From the NCBI GenBank assembly GCA_964645795.1, contig CAZYCL010000001.1, positions 223,194-287,193 on the forward strand: DNA of 64,000 nucleotides, written 5' to 3'. This DNA comes from an uncultured Planctomycetales bacterium. Its GTDB lineage: Bacteria > Omnitrophota > Gorgyraeia > Gygaellales > Profunditerraquicolaceae. The position numbers and the translations under genes are program-made. The notes beneath the pieces are model-generated. The model made no database searches, was not told where the DNA came from, and worked only from the letters and a program-made list of their open reading frames with translations. Position 1 is the stretch's first letter; every line of letters starts with the position of its first letter. Positions 19,167 through 29,578 of the stretch are shown one piece after another.

Positions 19167-20540
19167 TTACCTCCTTATGATGATATCCAGGGCTTCCTTG
19201 AGGGTTGAAGCGGCTGCCATCTCCAGCCCCGCCCTCTTAAGATGCGACTGGTTTTTAAGGCTGGTTGCGGGCACTACGCAGTGCTTAAACCCGAGCTTGG
19301 CGGCCTCGTTGATACGCAGCTCCATCTGCGGCACACCCCTTATCTCACCGGCCAACCCTATCTCGCCGATAAGCGCGGTCCCCGCATCAACCTGCCGGTC
19401 CCTGAAAGCGGAAAATATCGCCGCCGCGACCGCGAGGTCTGCGGCGGGATCCTCTATATGTATACCGCCTGCCACATTCACAAACACATCTTCCAACCCC
19501 AGATGAAGCCCTATCCTTTTTTCAAGCACCGCCACCAGCAATATAAGCCGGTTATAATCAAAACCTTGCGCGCGGCGGCTGGGATAACCGAAACTGGCCT
19601 TGGTCACCAGAGACTGCACTTCGACTAAAAGCGGCCGCGAGCCTTCTAGTACCGCGGTAACCGCTACACCTGACACATCCTTGGGCCTCTCCGAAAGAAA
19701 GATCTGCGAAGGGTTCTTCACTTCTTCCAGCCCCTGAGCCCCCATCTCAAATATCCCTATCTCGTTGGTGGAGCCGAACCTGTTCTTTACCGCGCGCAGT
19801 ATCCTGTAGGAAGAAAAGCGGTCTCCTTCGAAATAAAGGACAGTATCCACGATATGCTCCAGGACCCTCGGCCCGGCTATACTGCCCTCCTTGGTCACAT
19901 GCCCAATGATAAACAGCGCGATACCGCAGGATTTGGCTATCTGGGTAAGAGTACCCGCGCACTCCCTCACTTGGCTGACGCTGCCCGGGGAAGAGCTAAT
20001 CCGGGGATCGAACAACACCTGTATGGAATCGATGAACACCACCTCGGGTTTCAGGGTCTTTATATGCTCGACGATCAGCGAAAGATCGGTCTGATTGACG
20101 ATATAGAGGTTGTCCTCTTTTTCCGCGCCGATCCTGCGAGCCCTTAGTTTTGTCTGGGCGCCGGACTCCTCTCCGCTGCAATAAAGGACCGTTCTGCCCT
20201 GTTTAGAAAGACGCCCCGATATCTGCATGGATATGGTGGATTTACCTATTCCCGGATCGCCTCCGATGAGCACGACCGATCCCGCAACGATCCCTGAACC
20301 CAATACACGGTCAAGCTCGGTTATGCCGGTCTTCATCCGCTCTTCTTCGCCCGCCTCCACCTCTTTTAATAATACCGGAGCCTGGGAATAAGGGGAGAGC
20401 CTCTGATTTACCCGCGCGGCGGGCTCAGAGAATTCTTCCTCGGCAAAAGAGTTCCAGCTGCCGCAGTCAGGGCACTTACCCAGCCACTTCGGCGATTGAT
20501 GTCCGCAGTTTTGACAGCTAAAGATCGTCTTGGTCTTCAT
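19167..20540 (-). CDS. radA: DNA repair protein RadA/Sms
   Basis: N-terminal C4 zinc finger (CQNCGH...CPDCGSW), a RecA-like Walker A ([10 protein letters not shown]) and a C-terminal Lon-like domain. Confidence 0.9.
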   Translation of the reverse strand: MKTKTIFSCQNCGHQSPKWLGKCPDCGSWNSFAEEEFSEPAARVNQRLSPYSQAPVLLKEVEAGEEERMKTGITELDRVLGSGIVAGSVVLIGGDPGIGKSTISMQISGRLSKQGRTVLYCSGEESGAQTKLRARRIGAEKEDNLYIVNQTDLSLIVEHIKTLKPEVVFIDSIQVLFDPRISSSPGSVSQVRECAGTLTQIAKSCGIALFIIGHVTKEGSIAGPRVLEHIVDTVLYFEGDRFSSYRILRAVKNRFGSTNEIGIFEMGAQGLEEVKNPSQIFLSERPKDVSGVAVTAVLEGSRPLLVEVQSLVTKASFGYPSRRAQGFDYNRLILLVAVLEKRIGLHLGLEDVFVNVAGGIHIEDPAADLAVAAAIFSAFRDRQVDAGTALIGEIGLAGEIRGVPQMELRINEAAKLGFKHCVVPATSLKNQSHLKRAGLEMAAASTLKEALDIIIRR

Positions 20541-20552
20541 ATGTTAACACGC

Positions 20553-21164
20553 CTACTTGCTTTTTCCCTTCCAGAACAGCTTCCAGGGATGCTTGCGCAG
20601 GTCCCTAACTAGGTCATTGAGCTCATCATACAGAGAGTCGTCATAAAGAAGCTTGCCTACGGTCCCTTCCCTGTTCTCGATACGCATGATACCGCGGTTA
20701 AGGTTAGAGATCATATCTTTGGCCATGGCCCCCAGTTCATGCATCGGTACTGGGTCGCGGCCGGTGATCTCGCTGCCTTCGGCAAGAAAGTTGGAGTGGT
20801 CCTGGCCCGACATGATTTCTATATACTGTTCACCCAGGAGCCCGAGGGTGTTGACCCAAACGGTAGAATCAGCGGGGATCTTTATGTCCTTACGCAGCCA
20901 GCAGACAACCTTGACTTTATTGCGGTTCTCTTTGGACGAATAATACAGTTCGACGGTTTTCACCACTCCGGTATCTACCCCGGCAAATCTCACGGGTGAG
21001 CCGTTCTTTACTCCGTTGACAAAATTGAATATAATGTCTACCCTGTAACCGGAAGTCATGACATTGACCTTGCCGATAAGGAGGATAAAGGTGGCCAGGA
21101 CCAAGAGGCCCACCACAACGAATAAGCCGACATTGAATTCGAGTTTGGATTTTCCGAAGATCAT
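20553..21164 (-). CDS. mlaD: MCE-domain protein MlaD
   Basis: N-terminal TM anchor plus an MCE domain; 203 aa; last gene of the mlaE-mlaF-mlaD triplet. Confidence 0.6.
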   Translation of the reverse strand: MIFGKSKLEFNVGLFVVVGLLVLATFILLIGKVNVMTSGYRVDIIFNFVNGVKNGSPVRFAGVDTGVVKTVELYYSSKENRNKVKVVCWLRKDIKIPADSTVWVNTLGLLGEQYIEIMSGQDHSNFLAEGSEITGRDPVPMHELGAMAKDMISNLNRGIMRIENREGTVGKLLYDDSLYDELNDLVRDLRKHPWKLFWKGKSK

Positions 21165-21177
21165 ATTTAACCCTCCG

Positions 21178-21939
21178 TTATTTCAGGCATCCGATAGTTT
21201 CGGTTATCGGCCCTTTTGCCAGGCCGTTTATGAACTGGTGTATTACGGGATTAGTCGAACCCTGCATCTCGACGGAGGTGCCTTCCGCGATGATCCTACC
21301 CTGATACATCATGGCGATCCTGTCGGCTATGCGGTAGGCGCTCTTCATATCGTGCGTGACCACGATCGAGGTAACTTTGAGCTTGTCGTGCAGCGACCTG
21401 ATAAGTTCGTTGATGCTGTCGGCGGTTATGGGGTCGACGCCGGTCGTCGGCTCATCATAGAGTATGATATCCGGCTGCGCGCATATGGCGCGGGCAAGGG
21501 CAACGCGCTTACGCATCCCGCCGCTAAGCTCCGCAGGCATGAGGTTGGCGATGCCCGAAAGCCCCACCATGCACAAAGACTCTTCTATCTTCTCCAACAG
21601 CTGCTTGCCGCGGATATTAGTCTGCTCTATGAGGGCAAACCCCACATTCTCCCCTACGGTCAGGGAATCAAAGAGCGCGCCTCCCTGGAATACCAGGGCT
21701 ATTTTCATGCGCAGGGCGTTCATCTCCTTATCGGAAAGCAGAGATATGTCTTTTCCTTCAATGACCACCTTGCCGGCGTCCGGATGCATGAGTTTGACGA
21801 TATGCTTTAACAAGACGCTCTTGCCGCAACCGGAACGACCGATAATGACGCAGGTCGAGCCTTTTTCAATTGCCAGATTCAGGCCATCGAGGACTATATG
21901 CTCTCCGAAAGATTTATATAAGTTCTTTATCTGTATCAT
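21178..21939 (-). CDS. mlaF: ABC transporter ATP-binding protein MlaF
   Basis: Walker A GRSGCGKS and ABC signature LSGGMRKR; 253 aa. Confidence 0.7.
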   Translation of the reverse strand: MIQIKNLYKSFGEHIVLDGLNLAIEKGSTCVIIGRSGCGKSVLLKHIVKLMHPDAGKVVIEGKDISLLSDKEMNALRMKIALVFQGGALFDSLTVGENVGFALIEQTNIRGKQLLEKIEESLCMVGLSGIANLMPAELSGGMRKRVALARAICAQPDIILYDEPTTGVDPITADSINELIRSLHDKLKVTSIVVTHDMKSAYRIADRIAMMYQGRIIAEGTSVEMQGSTNPVIHQFINGLAKGPITETIGCLK

Positions 21940-22721
21940 CAGGGCATAATTATGTTGAATAAGACCGCAAAGAAGCAGTCAGCTATGATTATGGCGATGA
22001 AAGTGAACACCACTGCCCGGGTTGTGGCCCTACCCACCCCTTCAGCCCCGCCTTGCACGTTAAAGCCTTCATAAGAGCTGATGAAAGCGATAAGCATCCC
22101 GAAGAATACGGTCTTGGATAAACCGGTGAACAGGTCCCTGAAAGCCAGCGACTGGAAACTAAGGCGCCAATACATCCCCGAAGAGATCCCCAGCTTGTGC
22201 ACACAGATAAGATGCCCTCCGATAATACCTATCATATCCGCGTATATGGTCAGTATCGGCAGCATCAATGCCAGCGCGATAAAACGCGGCACTACCAGAT
22301 ACTTTAGCGGATTACTGGCCAATGTCTCCAGGGCGTCTATCTGTTCGGTAACCTGCATTGAGCCGATCTCCGCGGCGAACGCCGCTCCCACCCGGCCCGC
22401 GATGATAAGGGCGGTGATTACCGGCCCCAGTTCCCTTACCAAGGATACCGCTACGATACTGGCGATATACATCTCGGAGCCCAGGCGTTGCATCTGGTAA
22501 GCCGTCTGAAGGGCCATGATCACGCCGATAAAGAAAGAGACCAAGCTCACTATGGGCAGACTGTCCACTCCGGCGTTCTTGGCCTGGACAAAGATGCGCC
22601 TTAAGTTATAGGGCGGGATGAACGCCTGATAAAAAGACTGGACCACAAAGACGGTCAGCCCCCCCAAGGAAGCTATCAGGGAAAGGACCTTTTGGCCCAG
22701 AAAAATGAAATTATGCTTCAT
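21939..22721 (-). CDS. mlaE: ABC permease MlaE
   Basis: 260-aa multi-TM permease of the MlaE/Ttg2B family, immediately upstream of mlaF. Confidence 0.65.
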   Translation of the reverse strand: MKHNFIFLGQKVLSLIASLGGLTVFVVQSFYQAFIPPYNLRRIFVQAKNAGVDSLPIVSLVSFFIGVIMALQTAYQMQRLGSEMYIASIVAVSLVRELGPVITALIIAGRVGAAFAAEIGSMQVTEQIDALETLASNPLKYLVVPRFIALALMLPILTIYADMIGIIGGHLICVHKLGISSGMYWRLSFQSLAFRDLFTGLSKTVFFGMLIAFISSYEGFNVQGGAEGVGRATTRAVVFTFIAIIIADCFFAVLFNIIMP

Positions 22722-25141
22722 AATTCAAAATTCATCTCGTTGTTCTTGATGGTCGCCTTGATGTTGGAGCCATCCTTGAACTTCTTGGATATAATTTCGG
22801 AGGCGAGGGGATCTTCAACATATCTTTGCAGCGTGCGTTTTAAAGGCCGCGCGCCAAAGACCGGATCAAAGCCTTTCTCAATCAGAAAATCCTTGGCCTC
22901 CCGGGAGACCTCAAGGGTGATATTCTGCTCTTTGAGCCTTTCCAGAATATGGCCTATCTCTATATCGATGATCTTGACCAGGTCATCCTTTACCAGCGGC
23001 CTGAATACGATGATATCATCGATGCGGTTAAGGAACTCCGGCTTGAACACATGCTTTACCTCCTCCAGAAGCTTCTCTTTCATCTCCTGGTAGGTAAGCT
23101 CCTCTTTCTGGCTTTTAAAACCCAGGGACCCGGTCTTACGTATCAACTCCGCCCCCACGTTGGAAGTCATGATTATCACGGTATTGCGAAAGTCGACTTT
23201 CCTGCCGAAGCTGTCGGTAAGGCGGCCTTCTTCAAAAAGCTGAAGAAGCAGGTTAAATACGTCCGGATGGGCCTTTTCGATCTCATCCAGGAGTATCACC
23301 GCGTAAGGCCTGCGCCTGACCCTTTCGGTAAGCTGTCCGCCCTCCTCGTATCCGACGTAACCGGGAGGGGCGCCTATCAGCCGGGAAACATTGAACTTCT
23401 CCATATATTCGGACATATCCAATTGCATCAGCGCGTCCTGATCTCCGAACATGAACTCCGCCAGCGCCCGGGCAAGCAGGGTCTTGCCTACCCCTGTCGG
23501 CCCCAGGAAGATAAACGAACCGATGGGGCGCTTGGGGTCTTTGATGCCGGCCCGGGACCTGCGCACAGCGTGCGCGATGGTCTTGATCGCCTCTTCCTGC
23601 CCGACTACGCACTTGCGCAACTCCTCTTCGATCTTAAGGAGCTTTTCGCTCTCCTTCTCTTCAAGCCTAAAAAGCGGGATACCCGTCCACTGAGAAACGA
23701 TCTTGGCGATATCCTCTTCGCTGACCTCGGGACGAAGCTTATCTTTGGTCTGGGACCATTCTTTGTTAAGCCTTTCCAGCTCCTGGCGCGCAATCCGTTC
23801 CTGATCGCGCAGGGCTGCGGCCTTTTCAAAATCCTGGCTCTTTATGAAAGACTCTTTTTCTTTCCGCAAGGATTCGACATTGGCTTCGAGCTTCTTGATC
23901 TCGGGAGGAACAATTAGAACGTTCAGGCGCGCGCGTGAACCCGCTTCATCGATGATGTCTATGGCCTTATCCGGAAGGAACCTGCCGGAGATATAGCGGT
24001 CCGAAAGCTTGGCCGCCGCATCCAGGGCTTCGTCACGCAAGGTGACGCGATGGTGCGCCTCGTACTTGTCCCTGAGTCCTTTTAAAATCTCGACGGTCTG
24101 TTCTACCGTCGGCGGTTCTACCATTATAGTCTGGAACCTTCTTTCAAGTGCCGCGTCCTTTTCGATATACTTGCGGTATTCATCAAGGGTTGTCGCTCCG
24201 ATGCACTGAATCTCTCCGCGCGAAAGGGAAGGCTTGAGGATATTGGAGGCGTCGATCGCCCCCTCCGCGGCACCCGCTCCGACCAGCGTATGCAGTTCGT
24301 CAATAAAAATAATGACGTCCTGTGAACGCTTGATCTCCTCCATTACCGCCTTGATCCTTTCCTCGAACTGGCCGCGGTACTTGGTGCCGGCTACCATCAA
24401 CGCAAGATCCAGCACTATCAGGCGTTTATTACGCAGCACTTCCGGCACATTATTGCCGACGATCGACTGGGCAAGCCCTTCGACGATCGCGGTCTTACCG
24501 ACGCCCGCCTCGCCCAGGAGCACGGGGTTATTCTTTGTGCGCCTTGAGAGAACCTGGATCACCCTCTCTATCTCCTGGTGCCTTCCCACCACCGGGTCAA
24601 GCTTGTTCTCCCGGGCCATCTGGGTAAGGTCCCTGCCAAAAGCGTCGAGCGCCGGGGTCTTGGTCTTGGATTGCTGGCCTGACTGCACGCTAGCTCCGGG
24701 CAAAGCCGAACCCAGAAGCTCCATGACCTCATTTCTTACGGTATTAAGGTCAAGCCCCAGGTTAAGCAGTACCTGCGAGGCTATGCCCTCGCCTTCGCGT
24801 ATAAGCCCCAGGAGCAGGTGCTCCGTACCGATATAATTATGCCCCAGGGCACGGGCCTCTTCCGCGGAGAGCTCCAGCGCCTTTTTCGCGCGCGGGGTAA
24901 AAGGGATATCCCCCATTATCTGGGTCGTCGGACCCGGCTGGACGAGCTTTTCCACTTCAAGGCGTATATTCTCAAGCGAAACGTTCAACTTCTGCAGCAC
25001 CGCTGCCGCAACGCCCTCTCCTTCGCGTATAAGCCCCAGAAGTATATGTTCGGTGCCGATATAATCGTGATTAAAACGGCGCGCCTCTTCTTTTGCCAAG
25101 ATGATTACTTTTCTTGCCCTCTCGGTAAAACGGTTAAACAT
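22718..25141 (-). CDS. clpC: ATP-dependent Clp protease ATP-binding subunit ClpC
   Basis: N-terminal Clp_N repeats, two AAA+ modules (GEAGVGKT and GPTGVGKT) and a UVR motif; 807 aa. Confidence 0.85.
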   Translation of the reverse strand: MFNRFTERARKVIILAKEEARRFNHDYIGTEHILLGLIREGEGVAAAVLQKLNVSLENIRLEVEKLVQPGPTTQIMGDIPFTPRAKKALELSAEEARALGHNYIGTEHLLLGLIREGEGIASQVLLNLGLDLNTVRNEVMELLGSALPGASVQSGQQSKTKTPALDAFGRDLTQMARENKLDPVVGRHQEIERVIQVLSRRTKNNPVLLGEAGVGKTAIVEGLAQSIVGNNVPEVLRNKRLIVLDLALMVAGTKYRGQFEERIKAVMEEIKRSQDVIIFIDELHTLVGAGAAEGAIDASNILKPSLSRGEIQCIGATTLDEYRKYIEKDAALERRFQTIMVEPPTVEQTVEILKGLRDKYEAHHRVTLRDEALDAAAKLSDRYISGRFLPDKAIDIIDEAGSRARLNVLIVPPEIKKLEANVESLRKEKESFIKSQDFEKAAALRDQERIARQELERLNKEWSQTKDKLRPEVSEEDIAKIVSQWTGIPLFRLEEKESEKLLKIEEELRKCVVGQEEAIKTIAHAVRRSRAGIKDPKRPIGSFIFLGPTGVGKTLLARALAEFMFGDQDALMQLDMSEYMEKFNVSRLIGAPPGYVGYEEGGQLTERVRRRPYAVILLDEIEKAHPDVFNLLLQLFEEGRLTDSFGRKVDFRNTVIIMTSNVGAELIRKTGSLGFKSQKEELTYQEMKEKLLEEVKHVFKPEFLNRIDDIIVFRPLVKDDLVKIIDIEIGHILERLKEQNITLEVSREAKDFLIEKGFDPVFGARPLKRTLQRYVEDPLASEIISKKFKDGSNIKATIKNNEMNFEL

Positions 25142-25180
25142 GACGATGCCTCCGTATAGTTAGCAGGTTATGCTGGCGGG

Positions 25181-26230
25181 TTAGCCGCCGAGCCTGTTGC
25201 GAATAAGCTCCGCCCTCTTGATATCCCTCTCTTGAGAGGAGAGCTTTTTGTTTTCAAGCTTTTGCAGGTGCGCCGGCTGTATAAGGATAAACAGCTCGTT
25301 GATACGGCGCCTGTCCATATCCTTGATCATGCCCAGGTCGCTGCCCAGGCGTACCATGGACAAGAGCTCTATGGTCTCCTGGCTTGAGATTATATGGGCG
25401 TTCTTCAGGATGCCGTAACTGCGGCTTATCCTGTCCTCGAGCACGGACTTGTTCTTGGATGCAAGTATATCCCTGGCCTGATTCTCCTGTTCGATGATCT
25501 GGCGGATAAGGGCATTTAAGTTATCGATGATCTCGGTCTCGCTGTGACCCAGCGATACTTGATTGGAGATCTGAAAGAAGTTGCCTGTTGCCTGCGTGCC
25601 CTCTCCGTATAGGCCGCGGGTAGTGAAGCTCAGCTTTGCGATAGCCGCCAGCACCTTATCTATGGCCCTGGTCATTACCAGCGCCGGTAGATGCAGCATC
25701 ACCGACCCGCGCATACCGGTACCGGTATTGGTGGGGCAGGCCGTCAGATATCCCCAGTCAGCCAGATATGCCAAAGACATCTGGGCCGCCAGATCATCAT
25801 CGATCTTGTTGATTATGGCCCAGGCCTCAAAAAGGTTAAAACCCGACTGCATTATCTGGATACGCAGATGGTCCTCTTCGTTTACCATGACCGAAAGCAC
25901 CTCTTCTTCGTCAATTATGACTGCCTTATGGTCGGACTTCTGGGCATGCTCATGTGACATAAGATGCCTTTCGACCAGGAATTGCTTGTCGACGCTGTCC
26001 AGGTCCATGAGCTTAAAGATGGTCGTGGATTTCAGGTGCGGCGACTTTCCCGCGGCCGCTTCCACGGCGCCCAATACCTCTTCGCCCTGCTTCTTGTCTG
26101 CCCAATGAGGGAAGGCGGACTTACTCAAATTCCTGGCAAGCCTTATCCTGCTGGAGATCACGATGTCGGAATTCGGGCCGGTACCCCTGAGCCACTCGCT
26201 GGTATGGTTCAACAGCTCGTTTATCTTCAT
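25181..26230 (-). CDS. mcsB: protein arginine kinase McsB (ATP:guanido phosphotransferase family)
   Basis: 349 aa with a phosphagen-kinase-like catalytic domain; positioned between mcsA and clpC. Confidence 0.75.
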   Translation of the reverse strand: MKINELLNHTSEWLRGTGPNSDIVISSRIRLARNLSKSAFPHWADKKQGEEVLGAVEAAAGKSPHLKSTTIFKLMDLDSVDKQFLVERHLMSHEHAQKSDHKAVIIDEEEVLSVMVNEEDHLRIQIMQSGFNLFEAWAIINKIDDDLAAQMSLAYLADWGYLTACPTNTGTGMRGSVMLHLPALVMTRAIDKVLAAIAKLSFTTRGLYGEGTQATGNFFQISNQVSLGHSETEIIDNLNALIRQIIEQENQARDILASKNKSVLEDRISRSYGILKNAHIISSQETIELLSMVRLGSDLGMIKDMDRRRINELFILIQPAHLQKLENKKLSSQERDIKRAELIRNRLGG

Positions 26231-26236
26231 CTCTTA

Positions 26237-26755
26237 TCAGGCCCCTTGCGCCTGGTCATTTTTTTCCAACTGCCTTATCCGGTCGCGTAACTGCGCGGCC
26301 TCTTCGAACGCCTCTTTTTCTATCGCCCTCTGCAGCTTCTGGCGCAACTCCTGCAGCTCAGAGCCTTTTTTCGCTTCCGCAAATACCCCTTTCTTCTCGG
26401 GAGATTTGCCGATATGCTGGCTTGAGCCGTGGATCTTCCTTAGGAGCGGCCCAAGCTGTTTTTTAAAAGCGTTGTAGCATTCGCCGCAACCGAGCCTGCC
26501 TATCTTCTTGAACTCCGCGTAAGTCAGCCCGCAGTTGGGGCACTTCAGGGCCGGGCTTTCCGTCTCCTTGGCGCTAGCCGTCTTCTCGAAATCGGCCAGC
26601 CCCGCAAGCAGGTCGCTAAGGCCGAACTGTTGTTCCATCTGCGCGCTTTTCTGCCGGGCGCACTCCTCGCACAAGTGCAACTCGTTCATCTGAGAGTCCA
26701 CTATTTCGGTCAAATGCACCGTAGCAGGATTCTTATTGCAGATATCGCATAACAT
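26237..26755 (-). CDS. mcsA: McsA (zinc-finger plus UVR-motif activator of McsB)
   Basis: N-terminal CxxC pairs (CDICNK...CEEC, CPNCG, CGEC) and a C-terminal UVR motif (LRQKLQRAIEKEAFEEAAQLRDRIRQLE). Confidence 0.65.
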   Translation of the reverse strand: MLCDICNKNPATVHLTEIVDSQMNELHLCEECARQKSAQMEQQFGLSDLLAGLADFEKTASAKETESPALKCPNCGLTYAEFKKIGRLGCGECYNAFKKQLGPLLRKIHGSSQHIGKSPEKKGVFAEAKKGSELQELRQKLQRAIEKEAFEEAAQLRDRIRQLEKNDQAQGA

Positions 26756-26820
26756 AGCCGTACCTTTCTTCTAACCTGACACCTGACACAGCAAAAACGT
26801 CAAGTATCAAGCGTCGAGCA

Positions 26821-27690
26821 TCAGTACCTTACGCCTTCGCGCTTGGTCACTTCCTTGAACTTCCTCATCAGGCGCAGGGTCAGCGCTGCGGGCTTACCGT
26901 TGCCGATCGGGCGCCCGTCGACCTTCACTACCGGGATGATCTCGGCGGCGGTCCCGGTAAGAAAACATTCATCCGATATGTAAACCTCATGACGGGTTAT
27001 CACGTGCTCATGGGCCGGGATCCTGTTCTTGCGCGCAATCTCCAGCACCGTATCGCGGGTGATCCCGCGCAGCGTCCCCATGCATTGGGGAGGAGTATAG
27101 AGATGGCCCTTCTTGACCACGAATATATTGTCACCCGTGCACTCGGCGACATAGCCCAGTGAATCAAGCATGATGGCTTCGTCACAACCGGCGTTGGCCG
27201 CCTCGATCTTAGCCAGGATATTATTCAGGTAGTTAAGCGACTTTATCTGGGGATTAAGCGCCTCGGGAAGGTTCCTGACCGTCGGCACGGTAATAATGCT
27301 CAGGCCCTGGCGATAGAACCTCTGCGGGTAGAGCACGATCTTGTCGGCGATGATGATGACCGTAGCAGAGCCGGCGCATTTACGCGGGTCCAGCCCCAGG
27401 TCGCCGACCCCACGGGTAACCACCAGCCTTATGTAAGCGTCCTTAAGCTGGTTCTCTTTAAGGGTGGAGAGCACCGCCTTCTCCAGCCCCGCCTTGCTTA
27501 AAGGTATATCAAGCATTATGCTCTTGGCGGATTCAAAGAGGCGGTCGATATGCTCCTTGAGCTTGAATACGAGCTTGTTGTAGGCGCGTATCCCTTCAAA
27601 GACCCCGTCGCCATACAGGAGCCCGTGGTCGAATACCGAGACCTTTGCCTGGTCCTTGCTATAGAATTTGCCGTTAATATAGATTTTCAT
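26821..27690 (-). CDS. ilvE: branched-chain amino acid aminotransferase (class IV PLP aminotransferase)
   Basis: 289 aa with fold-type IV motifs (DHGLLYGDGVFEGIRAY). It cannot be fully told apart from D-amino-acid aminotransferase by eye. Confidence 0.6.
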   Translation of the reverse strand: MKIYINGKFYSKDQAKVSVFDHGLLYGDGVFEGIRAYNKLVFKLKEHIDRLFESAKSIMLDIPLSKAGLEKAVLSTLKENQLKDAYIRLVVTRGVGDLGLDPRKCAGSATVIIIADKIVLYPQRFYRQGLSIITVPTVRNLPEALNPQIKSLNYLNNILAKIEAANAGCDEAIMLDSLGYVAECTGDNIFVVKKGHLYTPPQCMGTLRGITRDTVLEIARKNRIPAHEHVITRHEVYISDECFLTGTAAEIIPVVKVDGRPIGNGKPAALTLRLMRKFKEVTKREGVRY

Positions 27691-27703
27691 GGCGCCCCCT
27701 TTT

Positions 27704-28366
27704 TCAGGCCAACAGCCCGTCTTTCAATCTGAAGGTATGGTCCGCGGCCCTTGTCAATTCGGCGTTGTGCGTAACCAGGACCACCGTCATGCGACTGTCA
27801 CAACTTATGCCTTTGATCAATGAAATTATCTCCTCGCCGGTCCTGTGGTCGAGGTTGCCCGTAGGTTCATCGCATAGAAGAAACTCGGGCGAGTTTATAA
27901 GGCCGCGCACTATCGCCGCCCTCTGCTTCTCGCCTCCGGAAAGTTGAGCGGGAAAATGACCAAGCCTCTGCCCCAGCCCGGCCTTATGCAAAAGCTCAAG
28001 CGCCCTTGGCTTCATATCCCTGGCGCTTCTCTTATCGATAAGAAACGGCATCAGGACATTCTCCATGACCGTGAACTCCGGTAAAAGATGATAAAACTGG
28101 AAAACAAAACCGATCCTTTTGTTCCTGAAGACCGATATCTCCTTATCGCCTAAAGCGTAAATATCCCGGCCATCGACGAAGACCTTGCCCTTTGTCGGCT
28201 TATCCAGCCCTCCGAGTATATGCAGAAGCGTGGATTTTCCCGCCCCCGAAGGGCCGGTAATGGCGATAAACTCACCCTTCTTTGCCTCAAGGTCAAGGCC
28301 GGCCAGCACCTCCAGCTGTCTGCGGCCGTTAGTATAAACCTTATGTATGCCTTTTGCCTGTAACAA
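27704..28366 (-). CDS. lolD: lipoprotein-releasing ABC transporter ATP-binding protein LolD
   Basis: Walker A GPSGAGKST and signature LSGGEKQR. The ATG-ORF extends to 28492 but overlaps lolC by 118 bp. A TTG at 28364-28366 preceded by AGGGAAAG gives the canonical LLQAKGIHKVY N-terminus. Confidence 0.6.
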   Translation of the reverse strand: MLQAKGIHKVYTNGRRQLEVLAGLDLEAKKGEFIAITGPSGAGKSTLLHILGGLDKPTKGKVFVDGRDIYALGDKEISVFRNKRIGFVFQFYHLLPEFTVMENVLMPFLIDKRSARDMKPRALELLHKAGLGQRLGHFPAQLSGGEKQRAAIVRGLINSPEFLLCDEPTGNLDHRTGEEIISLIKGISCDSRMTVVLVTHNAELTRAADHTFRLKDGLLA

Positions 28367-28374
28367 ATCTTTCC

Positions 28375-29565
28375 CTATTCGTACCTGATAGCCTCGACCG
28401 GATGAAGACGGCTGGCCTTTATTGCCGGATACAGGGTCGATACCAGCGTGATCGCCAGCGCTGCTGCCGTAATAAGAGCGATATCGGGCCACAGCTCTAT
28501 GGATACCGGGAGCCTGTCCAGATAGTATATATCCGCCGGCAACTGAATAAACTTATATCTTTTAAGGAGCGCACAAAGGAGGAAGCCTCCGATCGAACCC
28601 AGCGCCGTACCCAGCCCGCCGATCAAAAACCCCTGATAAATAAATATCTTCCTGATAGACGCAGAGCTCATGCCCAGCGCCTTCAGGATGCCGATATCGC
28701 GGGTCTTGTCCACCACCATTACTACCAAGGTGCTTATGATATTAAAGGCCGCCACCAAAACGATCAGCGTAAGGATTATGAACATCGCCAGTTTTTCCAG
28801 CTTGAGGGCGGCAAAGAAGTTTTGGTTGAGCTCCATCCATGTGCGCAGATTATACTTGAAATCAAGACCCTTGGCCAACTCCTCCCTTACGCGTCCGGCC
28901 TTATCCAGGTCGTCAAGCTTAATGGCTATGGCGCTGACCTGGCCGGGGATGCCGAGTATTTTTTGCGAGGCCTGCAATCCCGTGAAAACCAGGTTCATAT
29001 CGTATTCGTACATGCCCGAGACGAAGATCCCGCGGACCACGAGCTGATACTGTTTTCCCAGAGGCGAATACAGCAGCACGTTCGCGCCCGGGCGCAGGCC
29101 GAGGAATTGAGCAAGCTCTCGCCCGATAATGATGCCGTCCTCCCCAAGGTCCTGAAGGCTTCCGGCTACCATATGAGACTTAAGCCTGGTGACCTGCGCT
29201 TCGGCAGAAGGGTCTATGCCCCGCAGCCCCACGGCAAAAAACCTGTTCTCTTCTTTAATAAGGACCTGTCCCTGTACGTATGATGCCACCCCCCGAACAT
29301 GCGCCTGCTGCTTGAGCCTGGTTTCTATGCCCGCGGCCTCATCCATGGACATGGGCCTGTAACCCGTAAGCGTTATATGCGAATAATTGCCTACTATCTT
29401 GTCGCGAAGGTCGCGGTCAAACCCGCTCATCACCCCCAAAACTACGATGAGCGCGGTCACCCCGATAGCCACTCCCATTATCGATATAATGCTTATCAGG
29501 GAGATGAACTTTTCCTTGCGCCTGGTTACCAGGTATCTCCAGCTTATGAATAACTCGGTCTTCAT
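28375..29565 (-). CDS. lolC: lipoprotein-releasing ABC permease LolC/LolE (FtsX-like)
   Basis: 396 aa with an N-terminal TM helix, a large periplasmic domain and the C-terminal FtsX 3-TM module; upstream of lolD. Confidence 0.65.
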   Translation of the reverse strand: MKTELFISWRYLVTRRKEKFISLISIISIMGVAIGVTALIVVLGVMSGFDRDLRDKIVGNYSHITLTGYRPMSMDEAAGIETRLKQQAHVRGVASYVQGQVLIKEENRFFAVGLRGIDPSAEAQVTRLKSHMVAGSLQDLGEDGIIIGRELAQFLGLRPGANVLLYSPLGKQYQLVVRGIFVSGMYEYDMNLVFTGLQASQKILGIPGQVSAIAIKLDDLDKAGRVREELAKGLDFKYNLRTWMELNQNFFAALKLEKLAMFIILTLIVLVAAFNIISTLVVMVVDKTRDIGILKALGMSSASIRKIFIYQGFLIGGLGTALGSIGGFLLCALLKRYKFIQLPADIYYLDRLPVSIELWPDIALITAAALAITLVSTLYPAIKASRLHPVEAIRYE

Positions 29566-29578
29566 GCTTATTTCGCAA

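Noticed and set aside
21058-21810. 250-aa plus-strand ORF, and similar long plus-strand ORFs such as 22949-23917 (322 aa), 11469-11891 and 8858-9376
   Set aside because: They lie antisense to well-supported conserved genes (mlaF/mlaD, clpC, tatD, thiL). The translations are low-complexity and rich in Arg, Pro and Ala, as expected of shadow ORFs in high-GC DNA.
26775-26788. CtsR operator upstream of mcsA
   Set aside because: The tandem TGTCAGG heptamers do not match the CtsR consensus (A/GGTCAAA-NAN-A/GGTCAAA), and no ctsR gene is present in the window. It is kept only as an unexplained direct repeat.
28367-28492. N-terminal 42-aa extension of the lolD ATG-ORF
   Set aside because: It would overlap lolC by 118 bp. 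The extension is non-conserved, and a TTG start with an AGGGAAAG ribosome-binding site gives the canonical LolD N-terminus.
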